Positions 40,485 through 52,975 of a stretch of 64,000 nt of DNA are shown here, piece by piece. The stretch is from positions 310,001 through 374,000 of the forward strand of contig JASANG010000641.1 in the NCBI GenBank assembly GCA_030248215.1, given 5' to 3'. How positions within the stretch are numbered: position 1 is the first letter of the stretch; each line of letters starts with the position of its first letter. The notes beneath the pieces were generated by a model that saw nothing but the letters and a program-made list of their open reading frames with translations, ran no database searches and was not told the origin of the DNA. This DNA comes from Enoplolaimus lenunculus (Eukaryota). The translations under genes were made by a program, and so were the position numbers.

Positions 40485-43400
40485 TCTTATTGAGCAAACG
40501 TCAGAATGAAATTGCGGTGGCGTAGCCAGGAGTTAAGGGGGTACGTTCAGTTTAGAATTTTCTAAGTCCTTGGCTGGAGATTGTCGTGTTTACAACTAAA
40601 AATTACTAAGTCCAGTAGAGAAAAATCACAATATTGTGACGCTGACTGTGGACATCTGCTAGTGGTAATTATTTTTTAAAACGTGAATCATCTTAATAAG
40701 TCGGGACTAAAATAGCTAAGGGGCCTTCACCATTATCGCCACCCTGATTATGACCTTGTGAAGCGCTGAGAAGACTGAATGATTTGAGTAGCCACGTTTT
40801 ATTTTGAATCGTCCGGTGTCAAATTTGTGATGACTTAATGTATATTTCAGTGTGATGGTTGAATTTGAAGTAGCAAATTAACAAAGTTGAGATACTATTA
40901 ATTCGTTGTGTTTACGAACAATGAAAACGTTAAGCCACTAATTCCAAACGGAGACTGTCTCAAAAATCAGGAAAGTGTTTAAGAAAGCTATTTAGTGTGT
41001 AGAATAAGGTTAGGACTTAGTTTTGATGCAGAAAAGCTGCGTCTTTCGTTTAGAAACAATTTTAAAACCTCAACTACACATAGATAAAATCTTGGAAGAC
41101 AAAATTCTTTTCATATTCAGACCACGCAAATTTTGTATTTTGTTGTACTTTGTGCTTTTGGTCGTGGCCCTTGCCATGCCATATAGTTCGTTATCTGAAA
41201 AACACTGACTATTTTTGTGTATTATGTTCTGTGATTTCAAGTCCTGAAAGGTATTTGGTTATATGTTTTGTATTAAGTTTGCCTATTTTGCTATTTTAAG
41301 AGGGTCTAGCCGTTCTGATTTGTTATCTGATATTTATGTGAATTCCGTCACTGTATGGCGCTGCACAACGCTGCAGTTATGAACATTCAATGAAGTAATA
41401 TTCCATCACAACTGAGAAGGTTTAATGAAAAATTGCTAAATATGCGACAGAATTATATTTGAAAACAAAAACTATCAAAAACAGACAGTGAAGTAGTAGG
41501 TGTCGCACTAATAAAGTCAGAGAACATTGGGGGTGGGGGAATACTAAGAAATGTAGAGCTTCGTGGTGAAACATTATGATTATCCTCGTTTTTGAGAGTA
41601 TGTTGAGTCAATTATATATATTCCGCACTGTAATTATTTGCATATGGAAATTAGCGTGTCTTATAGTAAATGAGTTAATGCATAATATTGACACTGATTA
41701 CGGAAAAAAGTAGGGGCGCAGTAAAAGATGGTCGCGGCGTTAAATCTATCCACAGTGTTCTAAAGTTACAAAAATATATAAACTCAGTAAGCAAAACTTT
41801 TATACAAATAAGGAAAAATTTTATTACCGAATTTGTCGAAATATCCGGCAAGAATTCACTGAGCCGAAAATCGATTTTCTGCCGGAACCGGAGTCAGACC
41901 TCCAGTTGGACCCTGCTTTGTATATTTTTTCACTATATCCAATGAATGCTATGTTTTCTTTGTTTCAAATCTACTTTTGTTTTTGTTACTGCAAATGTCA
42001 TGTTCGATTATTGTTTGGGTCGAATGTACGTATATGAATGTGGTTTTAACTCTTGCGGTGTTTCATACTCTAAAATGAAAGATAAAGTAGGTTGTAGGTA
42101 GTTCATGTTGTTTCTGCTATGAGGTTGTGCACTTTAGGCCAAGATTTCAAACTGTGTAGGAGCGTGCCAGTGCGTGGTGAAAACCTGCTCAGCCAAGGCA
42201 ACACCTGGTTCGTATCAGTAGTAGCTTCAAACCGAAATTCTTTTAAAAAATATAAAGTTTCAAAACTGTTGGACCTATTAATGTTAATGGAAAGCTGGAA
42301 AACATGCAAGAATATTATTAAAATAAACTAGTTTCTTCAGTCGAATACAAGTTGAATTCCTGTCAGAGCGTATTTAACAGGCTGTTTTTCATAGATTCCC
42401 ATTTTTTTATTAATTTTTAATTTAAATTAGTGTTTCTGTTTATGATTCATAAAACTGCTTTAGTTGCGCATACTTAGTCCATTGGCTGCGTATTACACAG
42501 TAAAGATCTCGGTTTTCATCTGTTTACGAGTTGTTCAGTACTATTTGGGTACTTATAGGTATGTATAGTTTCTAAACACCGAATGATATGAAGCGATTTC
42601 ATCATCTCGAATTTTATTAATCGAAGCGTAATGATTGCTAAAAAATCGCGAATCATGTTAATAGCATATACCAGGCTTTTCGAAGAAATTTCAACTTTTT
42701 GTTAAAACGTCTTCCCCCGAATATATATTTTAATAGAGCTATAGAACCTGTTGCATGGTAAACGTCTATAGTACCAGATCAGCCAACAGTGGTGTTTGAA
42801 CATTAACCTCTCTCTGAACATTAACTTGAAACTGTATCCCTTACCTCACAAGTGTACAATCGAATTTCTGCCTCTGGTTAAAAATTTGAGCTTCTACACT
42901 TGTGGAATTTTTGCAGTAGGTTCTGGCTACTTCAGTTGTGAAATTTTTTGTACTTTTCATAAAAGTTGTTTGAGTCAATTAGGGCACTTTTCACGCAACC
43001 TCACAAAAAAGGCAATTGAAACAATTTTTTCACCGCTGTATAAGTAAATTTTTATTGCTTAAATTCAGATAATCACAAACGCATATTTTTGCTGTTTTAG
43101 GCTTTATATGTTTAAAAGTTACAACTGTATATAACTTAGGACGCCGAGATTAATGTATTAACAATGCCTCCCATACGATAGTGATGGCTTAATACAAGAC
43201 TGAAAATGGATCTCATTCACGTAGCTAAATATTGTTGTGATAAAAGGATAAACTGTTCTGGTATTTTCACAAATTACTTGTTTTCTCTATAGTGTTAATT
43301 TCGTCTGCGAAGTTTCGCAGTTGAATAGCTATTGTTTATCGCTCATGTTTCGCCCGCAAAATGTGGCCTTCATAAAATACACAAATTTGTTTACTAGGTG

Positions 43401-43488
43401 TGGGCGATTCTTGGCGTAGTTATAAAATGTGGTGTAAAGTATCTGATAATATATAATTTTTTAATTGTTAACCTGTAATTAAAGTTTT

Positions 43489-43666
43489 GGCCAATGCTAC
43501 TTTAAGAGGCGTAACAGTAGATTAAGCGTATTCCTAAGCCTAAACCTAAGCGTTGCAAAAATGATTTCTTCAGCCTAAGCCTAAGCAAAAAATGTAATCT
43601 CGAATCTAAACCTACTCTTTTATACACCCACCAGAAACCTGGACGCCCTTTAAAGTAACATGGGCC
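43489..43666. mobile_element. TTAGGC-bearing MITE, variant TIR subfamily (as 5941-6130)
   Basis: ggccaatgctactttaagaggcg / cgccctttaaagtaacatgggcc, TSD aaagtttt / aaagttta. Confidence 0.85.
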
Positions 43667-45268
43667 AAAGTTTATATGCATCGTACCCATAACAACGAAA
43701 ATATATATAACACGACAAACCTTGCGATGTTTTAATATTTAAAAGACTTTGAAGAAATATGCCAACAAAAATATTAGTTTCAATACCCAATGTATATAAC
43801 AGATCTAGAATAATGTTGTTGCGGGTTTATAGATGTTGGCTAGCTTAGGTTCACTATAAATTTTAAACCTTCAGATTGTTCAAGACCTGTTCTATACATG
43901 AGCGCTCCTATATAACTTTGTTTTATGCTTCGGTCATGGTACATTTAGCTACTGCATTGATCCGAATATCGCGGTGACTGATAATTATTTCGCCTTTCCA
44001 TAGGATCCCCCATCGTTATTTGTTTTCGTACTATTATTTACTTTTCAAACTATCTCCATTTATATCTTTCGACCACACACCTTCAACTTATGCCAGCCAT
44101 TTTGTATGGTTTGAGGTCATTCATTAGTTAAAGGAATATATGTGCTTTTTAGACTTGAGTAGCATGCTGCTATGAATATAGATAGATAATGTATTTTGAG
44201 TAATAAGTCAAATTCAATGTTGAGTTTAATTAGGTTCAAGAAGCAGTTACGCTATCTAATTAGGGTAATTGGCCAATGGATAGACCAATTAGTAATTTTG
44301 GACTGTATCCATTTGCGGACTCTTAGTGAAATAGACTCCTGTCTAGATTCAAAATGGATTATTATTACCAGCCACCTCTCATTCGAATCACTACAGTACA
44401 CTTGCGTTAGCATCCTCCATTTGAATGGTTCTACCATGCTACTTGATTCACGGCGTTTCCTTTCCTGTATCAGTAACACTCCTGGAATTCCAAAATAGTG
44501 GTAAGTTCAGGAGTACAAGCAAGTCATATTTATCAATTTGTCCGACTCGCAACAATATCCTAGCAATTTGTCATAGAAAGCCTAGTCCGATCACGCTGTA
44601 GCACTCCTACCATTTCAGTAATAAAACAACTGTGAGTAGCAATATTCAATTCGCTAGTGCTTTAAAAATCGTTTTTCTGCGTCGACGGTATACAAAACAC
44701 TAGTACTTATTAATATGAGCGGGCCACGCAGTTACACCATACAGTACACTCCTGTAATTTCAGAGTGAGTACCAATAATTAACCTAAAAATGCCACTGAT
44801 CCACTTGCCAACTGTAAAGTCCTACAGGAATATAGGCAATACAGTCACGTCAAACGGAGTATCAGTAACAGATCCACTAGTTTCGCCGCCATAGAGACGC
44901 ACTCCTGTAATTTCCAGGAACAGCAAGTCACGACATAGCGAATTTTTTTACGTAGTGTTTGATCGAACAAGAATATCCTAAATCCAGAAGGATCGTAATT
45001 CTGTTTGCGTGGTTCAACAGAGAATAGCAACCCTCATGTATAATCTTCGAAAACGACTCACCAATCATCGCTGTTTATTTCCAACGAAAGATTGGACAGC
45101 AGTCCCCTTATTCAGGAGTATGATACACCGATTTTCCAGCATAAATGTCATATAACAACACTCCTGTCATGTAAACTCGCGTCATACATATTAATACTGA
45201 CATTGACACTCCTGTAATTTCTGCAGCCGACAGAGTAGCAATAACAATTATAGATGTACGTCACATTT

Positions 45269-47095
45269 CTATTTCCCAGCTTCAACATCGTACAACAACA
45301 CTCCTGGAATTTCAGCAGAGGACGTGGTCGCTGTAATCAGCGAAGGAGCGCAGTACTGCTCCGCAGATGAAATCGGTCGTTCGTCACTTTTGCCTCGAGT
45401 AAAAACACTCGCTTTGGCAGACCGGGTAGAGCGACGAATCGAAAATCGACTAGAAGTTGTTCCACTACTCGGGCACCGAAGTGAATGAACACACTCGTTG
45501 GCGATGCCTACAGTTGAGCTGCGGGTACCGCTCGGCGAATTTTGAAGCGAAGTCCGCCCGGTTGACGTTCGAGTTAAGTCGATCCGGTGTTTGCGTCGGC
45601 TACTGCTGTTTGAAGCGCGAGCGAATAAAGGATCGCCATTAGATCCAGCGGTACTAATGGGACGGTAGGCTGCTTTCATCGGGATTGAACGGCCGTAGTG
45701 CCGACTTTCGCCCGATGGCGGTTCCCAGTAACGGCTATGATGATGCTGAAATCCATTTGCGGCCTGACCTGGAACCGGAGCGGCTCGGCCGCCTGATCCC
45801 CACGCGCTGGGTTGGTCAAGTTGCCAACGTTGCCGCAAGCGAGGAACACACCCGCAACAGTATTTCAGGAACATGCGTCGGAATCGCAAAGCGAACGCGC
45901 AATAAATAACATAGTTTGTTGCTGAATTTAGCGTTACGAGCGCATTTGCGAAATGTATCATTATTTGAAACGCGTGATAGTTGTCGTGTAGCCATTGTGG
46001 CGATCCGAAATTTTCAATTAAATTCGCAATAAATGCAAGTAGATTTAAAATCAAAAATGAAGCTATTACAAATACGACCATCATACTAAGACGTTTTTCA
46101 CGGTCACCTCGTGTGGAGGATGCGTGCGATTTGGTGGTTCGCGCTGTTGTTATTGACGCTGAATAGCGGTATTCGCCGGATAGCTTTGGGCTGCCTTGGT
46201 CGCCGACTGCTGCGCATCGAATGGTGCTAGCAGAATCGAGGCTATTGCGACACAAGCTTGCTCCATGATCTGAATTTGCTCCGCTTAAAAATCCGGTGGA
46301 TCTTGCGCGGAACGCGCGCCGAACCGCCCGGACTACTAGAACGTTCAGTATTACCATGGCAACTACTGGGATTAGAATCATAAATGTTAAATAGACATAG
46401 GTTTTATACACAATTCCGTACGTTGGGTTATTTCGAAGTGCGGTGGGCTCGACGCCCGAAGTTCCGTTACGTTTAGGTTGAATTTCAAACCACGCAGTTG
46501 AATTGAACGCAAGTGACCATATTAGAACGCCAAGCAGTGTATAACGAGACCGCTTTTCGGTGCATACTCGTTTCGCTTGGAGCGGATAAACTACAGCGTA
46601 ATAGCGGTCAACACTTACAGCAACACACGTATATACAGATCCGGTTTGAGCGATTAAGGATAAAGGATAGGTTACTAGTAAAGGATACCCGCTCAGGGCA
46701 CAGGCTGCTGTTAACTGATGAGCTTGACACCAAGGGATCGGCCAATAAATGAGCATACTCATAGCGAGCAGGACTGAGTCAAATATCGCCAGTCCAGCGA
46801 GGTATGTATTTATTCCCGAACGCATTTCAGCTCGAGTCATAATGAGCACAGTGATCGAGTTCCCAACTATACCTGTGAGCGCTATTAACGGTATAATCAC
46901 GCCGTACATCCAGAAAAATGTTGATTCTGAAACTCGACCCAGGAATTCAACGTTTTCCACTGCCAAATACTCGGAACTTTGATTAGTTGAGTTTACCGGA
47001 CGATAATTTGTGCCCAGAGGAGTGCTCGGGTAGAGGTCGAGTTGAGTGACGTTGCGGGAAATGTCGGCATCGTTTGATATTGGATTTGATTCCAT
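45269..47095 (-). CDS. Class A (rhodopsin-like) neuropeptide GPCR, FMRFamide-receptor-like, single coding exon, 608 aa
   Basis: 608-aa ORF with seven hydrophobic segments: GIVGN (TM1), YLAGLAIFD (TM2), AQTGSVYTCVAVSVDRY (TM3), LRNNPTY (ECL2), LNSATNYVIYC..RFR (TM7/H8), CCGC palmitoylation-like site, N-terminal N-glycosylation sequons, and long Ser/Arg-rich ICL3 and C-tail. Confidence 0.9.
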   Translation of the reverse strand: MESNPISNDADISRNVTQLDLYPSTPLGTNYRPVNSTNQSSEYLAVENVEFLGRVSESTFFWMYGVIIPLIALTGIVGNSITVLIMTRAEMRSGINTYLAGLAIFDSVLLAMSMLIYWPIPWCQAHQLTAACALSGYPLLVTYPLSLIAQTGSVYTCVAVSVDRYYAVVYPLQAKRVCTEKRSRYTLLGVLIWSLAFNSTAWFEIQPKRNGTSGVEPTALRNNPTYGIVYKTYVYLTFMILIPVVAMVILNVLVVRAVRRAFRARSTGFLSGANSDHGASLCRNSLDSASTIRCAAVGDQGSPKLSGEYRYSASITTARTTKSHASSTRGDREKRLSMMVVFVIASFLILNLLAFIANLIENFGSPQWLHDNYHAFQIMIHFANALVTLNSATNYVIYCAFALRFRRMFLKYCCGCVPRLRQRWQLDQPSAWGSGGRAAPVPGQAANGFQHHHSRYWEPPSGESRHYGRSIPMKAAYRPISTAGSNGDPLFARASNSSSRRKHRIDLTRTSTGRTSLQNSPSGTRSSTVGIANECVHSLRCPSSGTTSSRFSIRRSTRSAKASVFTRGKSDERPISSAEQYCAPSLITATTSSAEIPGVLLYDVEAGK

Positions 47096-48896
47096 GGCGT
47101 ACCTTAGACTACAGGATAAGCGATATTTATTGAATATAATAGTGCTGTGGTAAGAATTATTTTAAAATTACTTTTAGTGTTATGATAAATGTATAACATC
47201 TGCAATAGAACGAACGGGTTTTGTGCGCGTGGTATTAAACTCGAGCGACACTCGAATACAAAACTTATCGTTGATACTTGTTTACTTTCTTCCCAAACAC
47301 TAATGCTAATTGAATAGAAAGTCAAAGTTCCCCAAATTACTGTCAATTATTTTGCAAAGCCTTAGCTAAATCATGAGACTACAACCTGTTTTATTGCTGT
47401 AGTCGGTATATGTTCGAGGGACTTTTTTTGGGAAGCGAAGTAAACAAGAACCTAAAAAGTATCAATTTCTATAATAGCTTTCAATTGCACAACAGCAAAT
47501 ATTCTTTATAGCGAATCTTGGCCTAAACCTAAACGTATATCATTTGCGCACCTTTAACGCTTTGCCGTGGTACGCCTTGACCTACACATGTGCATACTGT
47601 TTGGTTAAGAGGCGAAGAAGACGAACGAATTTGCCATGCTCTGGAAACAAATGGACGTAGGCTAAGACACAGGCGTATGCTTAAAAGGTAAGCGTTTTGG
47701 CTTGAGGCTAGGCTTATCAAAGCTTTTTGCGATTCCTAGGCTTGAGCCTAAGCCTGTGCAAGGACAGTATACAAGATGCTTTAACTTCTAGTTTAAAAAT
47801 AATGTTTTTTAGCGGCAACAGTGACAATTGCAAAATATTAACAGCGAGTGGCTGCATCTATGCCATTATCTATATTCTAAAACTTCTTATAGTCCCAATA
47901 AAAGCAGTCGTTTCAACGAAAGACTTCCAGAAAACAATGAAGCTCAATAAATACACAAAGTATTGTTTAAAATTATCACTACGATGGCGTAAAAATGTAA
48001 TTTTATAATTTTAAAATAAATGCATTTTTAAATATTTCTACCCAAACGGATAATATTGCAATGCAGTACATTAATCATAATTTTTATAAACAATAATTTA
48101 CCTACCAGAAAGATTGATATTTTCATAGCTGAGTACACCTTTGTGTATTGAATATGGATTACAACAACCGTACCAGCGACTGAATACAGCTGGTAGGTTT
48201 TCGTCAACTGTCATGTTTTGCCTATAAGTTACTTGACATCCTAGTTTAATTACGGTTGCGGAATCGAATTTAATTTTTTAAACCTAACCAGCCCGTAGCC
48301 CGTAAGCTAAAGATTTTCAAGAGTGGCATACAAGGGGTTTCGATGACTCACGAAAGGTTGAAAATTTCCCAGGGGGGACTAAATTATTGTAGGGGAGCTG
48401 AGTCCTTTGGCTACGACGATCCCGGACTTAAAACTTTAATTTGTATTTCGAAACCAATCTAATTCTGGTTTCGAAATCAACTGTTTACCTTTTGAAACTT
48501 ATACCTCCAACCACGCCACACAAAATTAAATTTTTTGTCCTGCTCTATACTCAAAAATAGCGTCTAACTATTCGCTCGCAATGTATGCATTGCCTGCAAT
48601 TCTAACTGTTTTGACCCCTATTTGCTGACATGCCTATGTAACCTTGAACCCTGATGTATATAGAACAAGCACTTTTTAATGCTTCCCCCGTACGACAAAA
48701 CTCCCACCCACAAAGAAAATTTTCTCCTTAATTGGATTCTCTCGCAGGGGACAACTCGATACAGAATACGAGGCTCTCACCCCGAAAACTCACGCATTAA
48801 AGTAATTGAAGCAGCTAAAATTTATATTGAGATATGCTTGTAGTATGACAACCACTTATTGCAGGGTGTTTGTATTGGGCAGTCCTTCGTCCTTCT

Positions 48897-49083
48897 GGCC
48901 CATGTAATGAACAGGGGCGGAACGTTTTTCTGTGGGACTGCAATAAAGTAAGCTTAAGCTTTAGACTAATTTTTCTGCTTGGCTTAAGGCTTTGGTTTAG
49001 GCATGGGTTAGGAATATGCTCATTCCAACGCTTAGGTTTAGGCTTAGGCTAATGCTTAGGAATATGCTTATAATACTGTTCTT
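48897..49083. mobile_element. TTAGGC-bearing MITE, right TIR truncated
   Basis: ggcccatgtaatgaacaggggcggaac, ttaggc array, ends at ataatactgttc. Confidence 0.8.
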
Positions 49084-49206
49084 CTAGTATTGAAGTGGGA
49101 TTGCACATAAATTTCTAAGCTGACATCAAGATCGGCATCGTTACCGAGACTACTCATGATACCTATGAATATCTTCTATTTCCTAGCGACTCACGAATGG
49201 TAGGCG

Positions 49207-49456
49207 CACTGTTAATTTCAGTGAGTTGATTATAACTCAGAATGAGTTGAATCAGTTTGTCTGTGGGTTAGGACAGTCAAAACTCTGAATTTTGAGTTGA
49301 TTCAATTCACTCTGAGCTGATAAATCAACTCACTCAGAGTCAACTCAACTCAGAGTGGGAATCAACTCAACTGAGAGTGAGTTAATGTTTACTGAACTCA
49401 GAAATAAACCAACTCGCTAGCTGAATTAATTAATCAAGTCATTGGAATTTACAGCA
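49207..49456. mobile_element. CACTG-terminal MITE copy
   Basis: cactgttaatttcagtgagt ... attggaatttacagca. Confidence 0.8.
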
Positions 49457-51243
49457 CAGATACCAACACCGCATGACAATGACACCGTTGCGATCCAGCC
49501 CCAGGCGCGTTTATGTCTTATAGAGATTTTGAATTGCACATAAGGTAATTATGCATTGTTGCAGACACAGTTAAACGCAGTACTGCTTTCAGTAAGTATA
49601 CTTTATTCGGAAAACGATTTAGTATTGAAACATAAGGATGTTGATTACCAGAATATATCATACGCCATAAACTTTTGAATATTGCATGCAGTAACAACTG
49701 AAAGCAATTAGATTTGTCAATATAATTGCTATCCGAATTTTACTTTTGCAACTGCGTCACAGGAGCCTATAGCGCATAGTTGCTGAAAAATTAAGTTTGT
49801 TTCAAATATTTAGATTCAAAGCATCATAAAATTCGGTTCAGACACACCGCGCTTGACAATTTCAGCTAATTAAATGGGAAGGTTTTTTCAGTTTAAAAAT
49901 TCATTTATAAAACAAAACAAAACAGTTTCACAAACAGTCGGTGGAGTTTTAATTAACGCAGAAAAATATTATTTCCTAATAATCATTTTCAATAGTCATT
50001 TGTTGGTTCCACACGATTTTAGTGTTAACGTTCTTGTGCGCATTTGTTTCTAAAGGTTTCCAATATCTTCGCATATAGCTTAAAGCGAGGCTGAAAATTT
50101 TGTAAGGAGATTTTTTATAAGAAACTGTGCCCTCCTTGTTCTCTTGTATAAATTCGGGCCTGGAATGCGTAAAATTGTGCAACATAATGCAATTAGTCTG
50201 GTTTATGAACGGAAACTGCTTCAAAAATGTTGGCATAAAATACTTGCTAACATTAGCAAAATGTGCGCATGTACGTTCGAGGGCTTTAGCCATGCGATTT
50301 TATTGATCAGTGAATCTTTTTAGTATAATTTTCGTCCAAAGTTTTTATACACATTTTCAGGTCAAGAACCCAATCCTCGCAATTTTTTATCAAACGTATT
50401 CACTTTTTCCAAAATTCTAGCTACGCAACGGTAAACGTGAATGCATAAGCCTGTTTTTTGCCCGAATCACCATGGATTATAAAGACAGATTTTAATAATC
50501 CAGTATTAAGAACATTAAATACACAAAAAACAGCTATTATTTTAACTTTTATGTCAAATACTGTAACAGTTTCATAGAATATTAAAACGCCAGGAACGTT
50601 ACCATTGTTTCACTGTCAGATTCGACTGTTTTAAATATTAATAGTTAATTTATTTACAGATATATACAACACGGCTTTTTTGATTACAAGTGGCACAAAC
50701 ATGGGCTTGTAGCCAAGGGGGGAAGTGGTCAGGTTGATCAGCCCCCACTGGAACCATTTTGCCCCCCCCTAGAAAATTTTCAACCTTCTTTGTATGTCAT
50801 TGAAAACAATTGTATGCCGCTCCTGAAAAATGTTTAGCCTTCCCTAGCGGTTTACGAGCCGGCATGAACAAAATTTTTTTGCGAGCGAATGCAGCGAGGG
50901 TGTAAAATTGTTTTAAGATTTGGAATTCAGAGTATATTAAGCACGTTTTGTTCTGTTTTAGAGCATTTTGGATGGACGTATATATCTGTCTATTCTCTCT
51001 TTGCCTCTGCTCTCGGCATAACAAAACGTACCTAACACTTTCAGATTTATCACAATGATGTGAGTTCGCAACGTTTTGCGATGATAAAAAATCAACAAAA
51101 CTATTGTTTAGTCTGAATTAAGAGATTTCGGGCGAAAAATGAATATTTAAATTAATAAAACTGGAATGCCTGCTGTATGATTTCAGTCGTATCAATTCGC
51201 TACAAAGATGAAAATATTGTAGAAATTTTTCATCACCAGCAGT

Positions 51244-51814
51244 CAGTGGCGTACCAAAGAAAGTTTAATTGGGGGGGCGCAACCTGTCAGACCCGTGGCT
51301 TTGGATTTATGAGGTTGGTCACGCTCCTCTAGTTGACTCTGAGACCAATTTCAGAGTTCTCGTTTTATGTCCTTAAAATTTGGCAGTTTGGATATCCGGA
51401 CCAGATCGAATTGTGTGCCACGTGAACTCGAGTTGCAAAAAATACCGCGAGCGAAGCGAGCGAGAAGCTAGACGCTATCGTCATTTACTCTAGTGCGGAC
51501 CTTCAGTTTTAATCTTTGTATGGAAATTTTGTATATAATATGAAATATTTCTAAGTACTAAGAGTTGAAACAGAGCGAGCCAAGGCTCGAAGCCAGAATT
51601 TAGATCGAAGAAGCAACAATACATTTTTTATGTCTACCTTTGAACAGCGCCGCACGCAATTTTTTTTTTTGAAAATTGATCAGTGAACGCCATCGCGAGC
51701 GAAGCGAGCGAGAAACCATACTAATTTTTGTATCTAATGTAATTTTTTACTCAAGTACTGGTGCCGATTGTGAGGGCCTCGGGGCCCCCGCACCCTCCTC
51801 TCGGTACATCCCTG
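51244..51814. mobile_element. Degenerate hAT-like non-autonomous element (CAG termini)
   Basis: cagtggcgtacc ... ggtacatccctg, internal repeated cgcgagcgaagcgagcgaga, weak TSD ccagcagt / acagcaac. Confidence 0.5.
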
Positions 51815-52503
51815 ACAGCAACGGTACAGTCATTGACAGATCATGAATAACGATGCCCAATTAAAAGCTAATTTGTCTTGCAGGCTCGTACAAATGTGAA
51901 AAACATGGGTCAAAAGCATACTTCTACATTTGAAAATTTTATTTCACTCGTCACGGGGCCCTCGAAGGTGCTTTCATTGAGGCCTGCGATTAACAGGTCT
52001 CTAAACTGGCTACCGGTGTACCATTATGTCCCGTACTTTCGTAGAATATGTAAAATCTACAATAAAGCTAAAACACTCACCATGCGTAGTTTGTACAACT
52101 TTCTACAAGTACTTGTACTTTATGCATGAACTTTTGGTATTAATTTTATGTGATAGGTAGATAAACAATGTCTGAATTAGTAATGGGCATATGATATCTC
52201 TTCATATCCGCATATCCGGCAGTTTTTGCCCGATATTTATCCGGATATCCGGTGCCTATCTACAGTCTAAAGGCTATTGCATCCAAATTTAAACGTTTCG
52301 CTACCTCAGCAATAACTATAATCATTGAACCTGTCATGAACATTTGTCAGAAAAAGTACTATAGGGTGGGTGGAAATTGAAAAATTGGTTTAAATATCAC
52401 TGGTATGCTACCATATATAATCTACGACCGTTTTCTTTGACTGCAATTTTTTGCAAATTAACAATAGGGCTCTTTAACAAACGGAAATACAAAATTGGTA
52501 TTA

Positions 52504-52792
52504 TGCATCGTTCACGATGAAAAATTTCACTTTGCCACCGAAAACATCATTATAAGGTGTGGTTAACACGTGTCAAATTTTAAAACTGCCATGCGTTAAC
52601 CCTACCGTAACGCGTGTTACAAAATGCTGTGTGACAGATATTAGGATAGGGCTGTGACATGTGCTAAGGTAACGTCATTTTTGCGTTTGTCGGGTACGGT
52701 TAACGCATAACAACTTTGAAAATTGACACGTGTCAACTCTACCTTATAACGTTTTCGCTGGTAAAATGTAATTTTCCATCGTGAACGATGCA
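52504..52792. mobile_element. Long imperfect foldback element with TTA TSD (PIF/Harbinger-like inferred)
   Basis: tta|tgcatcgttcacgatg ... catcgtgaacgatgca|tta. Arms of about 100 bp are reverse-complementary. Confidence 0.8.
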
Positions 52793-52798
52793 TTAATG

Positions 52799-52975
52799 GG
52801 GTCAATGTATAGAACAGGACCGTAACAGGAGTATAAGCATATCTCTAAGCCTTAGCCTAAACCTAAACGTAAAAATGAGCGTATACCTAAGAATAAGCCT
52901 AAGCAAAAAATAGCCAAATGCTTCACCTTATTCTATTACAGTTTCGCAGAAAAGCGTTCCATCCATGATCTTTGA
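52799..52975. mobile_element. TTAGGC-bearing MITE (right end eroded)
   Basis: ggtcaatgtatagaacaggaccg and cctaag array. Confidence 0.75.

Noticed and set aside
44477..45313. CRISPR-like repeat-spacer array
   Set aside because: Eukaryotic context, a short degenerate repeat, irregular spacing and no cas genes.
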